64,000 nucleotides of DNA from NCBI GenBank assembly GCA_964602145.1, contig CAZRPP010000001.1, positions 2,043 to 66,042 on the forward strand. The letters run 5' to 3'. A program made the translations under genes and the position numbers. This stretch comes from an uncultured Candidatus Saccharibacteria bacterium (GTDB lineage: Bacteria > Patescibacteriota > Saccharimonadia > Saccharimonadales > UBA4665). The notes below the pieces were generated by a model that saw only the letters and a list, made by a program, of their open reading frames with translations, ran no database searches and had not been told where the DNA came from. Position 1 is the stretch's first letter. The number at the start of each line of letters is the position of its first letter. Shown here in pieces: positions 63,813 through 64,000 of this stretch.

Positions 63813-64000
63813 ATGGCTTCAAATCGGCACCTGGGACGGATTATCGCATTGCAAACGCTCTACGAAGAAGAGTTCAGGGTAGATGCGGCGGATCCAGATT
63901 TTGATTTGTCTGCAGTTTTGGCTCGTAACGTAGAACGTTACAAAGAAATGGTAGACGACATTCAGTTCTTTGATGAGCTGGTGGCCGGCGTTTCCAAGAT
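63813..64000 (+). CDS. nusB: Transcription antitermination factor NusB (3' end outside window)
   Basis: MASNRHLGRIIALQTLYEEEF... is a typical NusB N-terminus. AGGA RBS. The ORF is open to the window edge. Confidence 0.7.
   Translation, partial: MASNRHLGRIIALQTLYEEEFRVDAADPDFDLSAVLARNVERYKEMVDDIQFFDELVAGVSK

Noticed and set aside
1-64000. CRISPR arrays, rRNA operons, IS elements or transposases, integrases, reverse transcriptase/DGR or retron components, prophage structural genes
   Set aside because: I looked for regularly spaced direct repeats, HUH/DDE/tyrosine-recombinase/RT motifs in all track ORFs, and 16S/23S-like sequence. None was found.

Overview
Roughly 50% GC by eye, densely coding 64-kb chromosomal window from a small-genome bacterium. 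The gene content (sortase, LysM/CHAP hydrolase, LemA-HtpX, MMPL, SPFH proteins, almost no biosynthesis) fits a Patescibacteria/Saccharibacteria-like organism, but that placement is inference only. The backbone is housekeeping: ruvX(partial)-mltG, obg, sbcB, uvrA, rplY, def, pgi, uvrC, secG, ligA, corA, murF, ddl, leuS, rpmF and nusB(partial), plus envelope and transport genes. There are eight tRNA genes, all with encoded CCA. Many genes have a -10 box 6-7 nt before the ATG, which suggests leaderless mRNAs. Accessory content: (1) a Sau3AI-family restriction endonuclease, a C5-cytosine methyltransferase and a Cys-rich/HEPN (RNxxxH, Ymh-like) protein lie between tRNA-Phe and tRNA-Gly; (2) free-standing LAGLIDADG and HNH endonuclease genes each sit between two tRNA genes; (3) a solo MazF/PemK-like toxin gene; (4) displaced 3' fragments of tRNA-Gly and tRNA-Leu(CAG) lie 100-180 nt downstream of the intact genes. 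The most unusual item is a self-contained cassette present twice (about 45.1-45.7 kb and 62.9-63.5 kb). Each copy has an extended -10 promoter, a ~140-aa basic protein of unknown function, and two tandem ~85-90-nt noncoding units. The nested stems of those units differ in sequence between copies but stay complementary. I propose it as a candidate protein plus structured-RNA (type III TA-like or mobile) module, with the caveat that the units could be elaborated terminators. No CRISPR array, rRNA, transposase, integrase or reverse transcriptase was seen. All calls come from reading the translations and the sequence; nothing was searched against databases.
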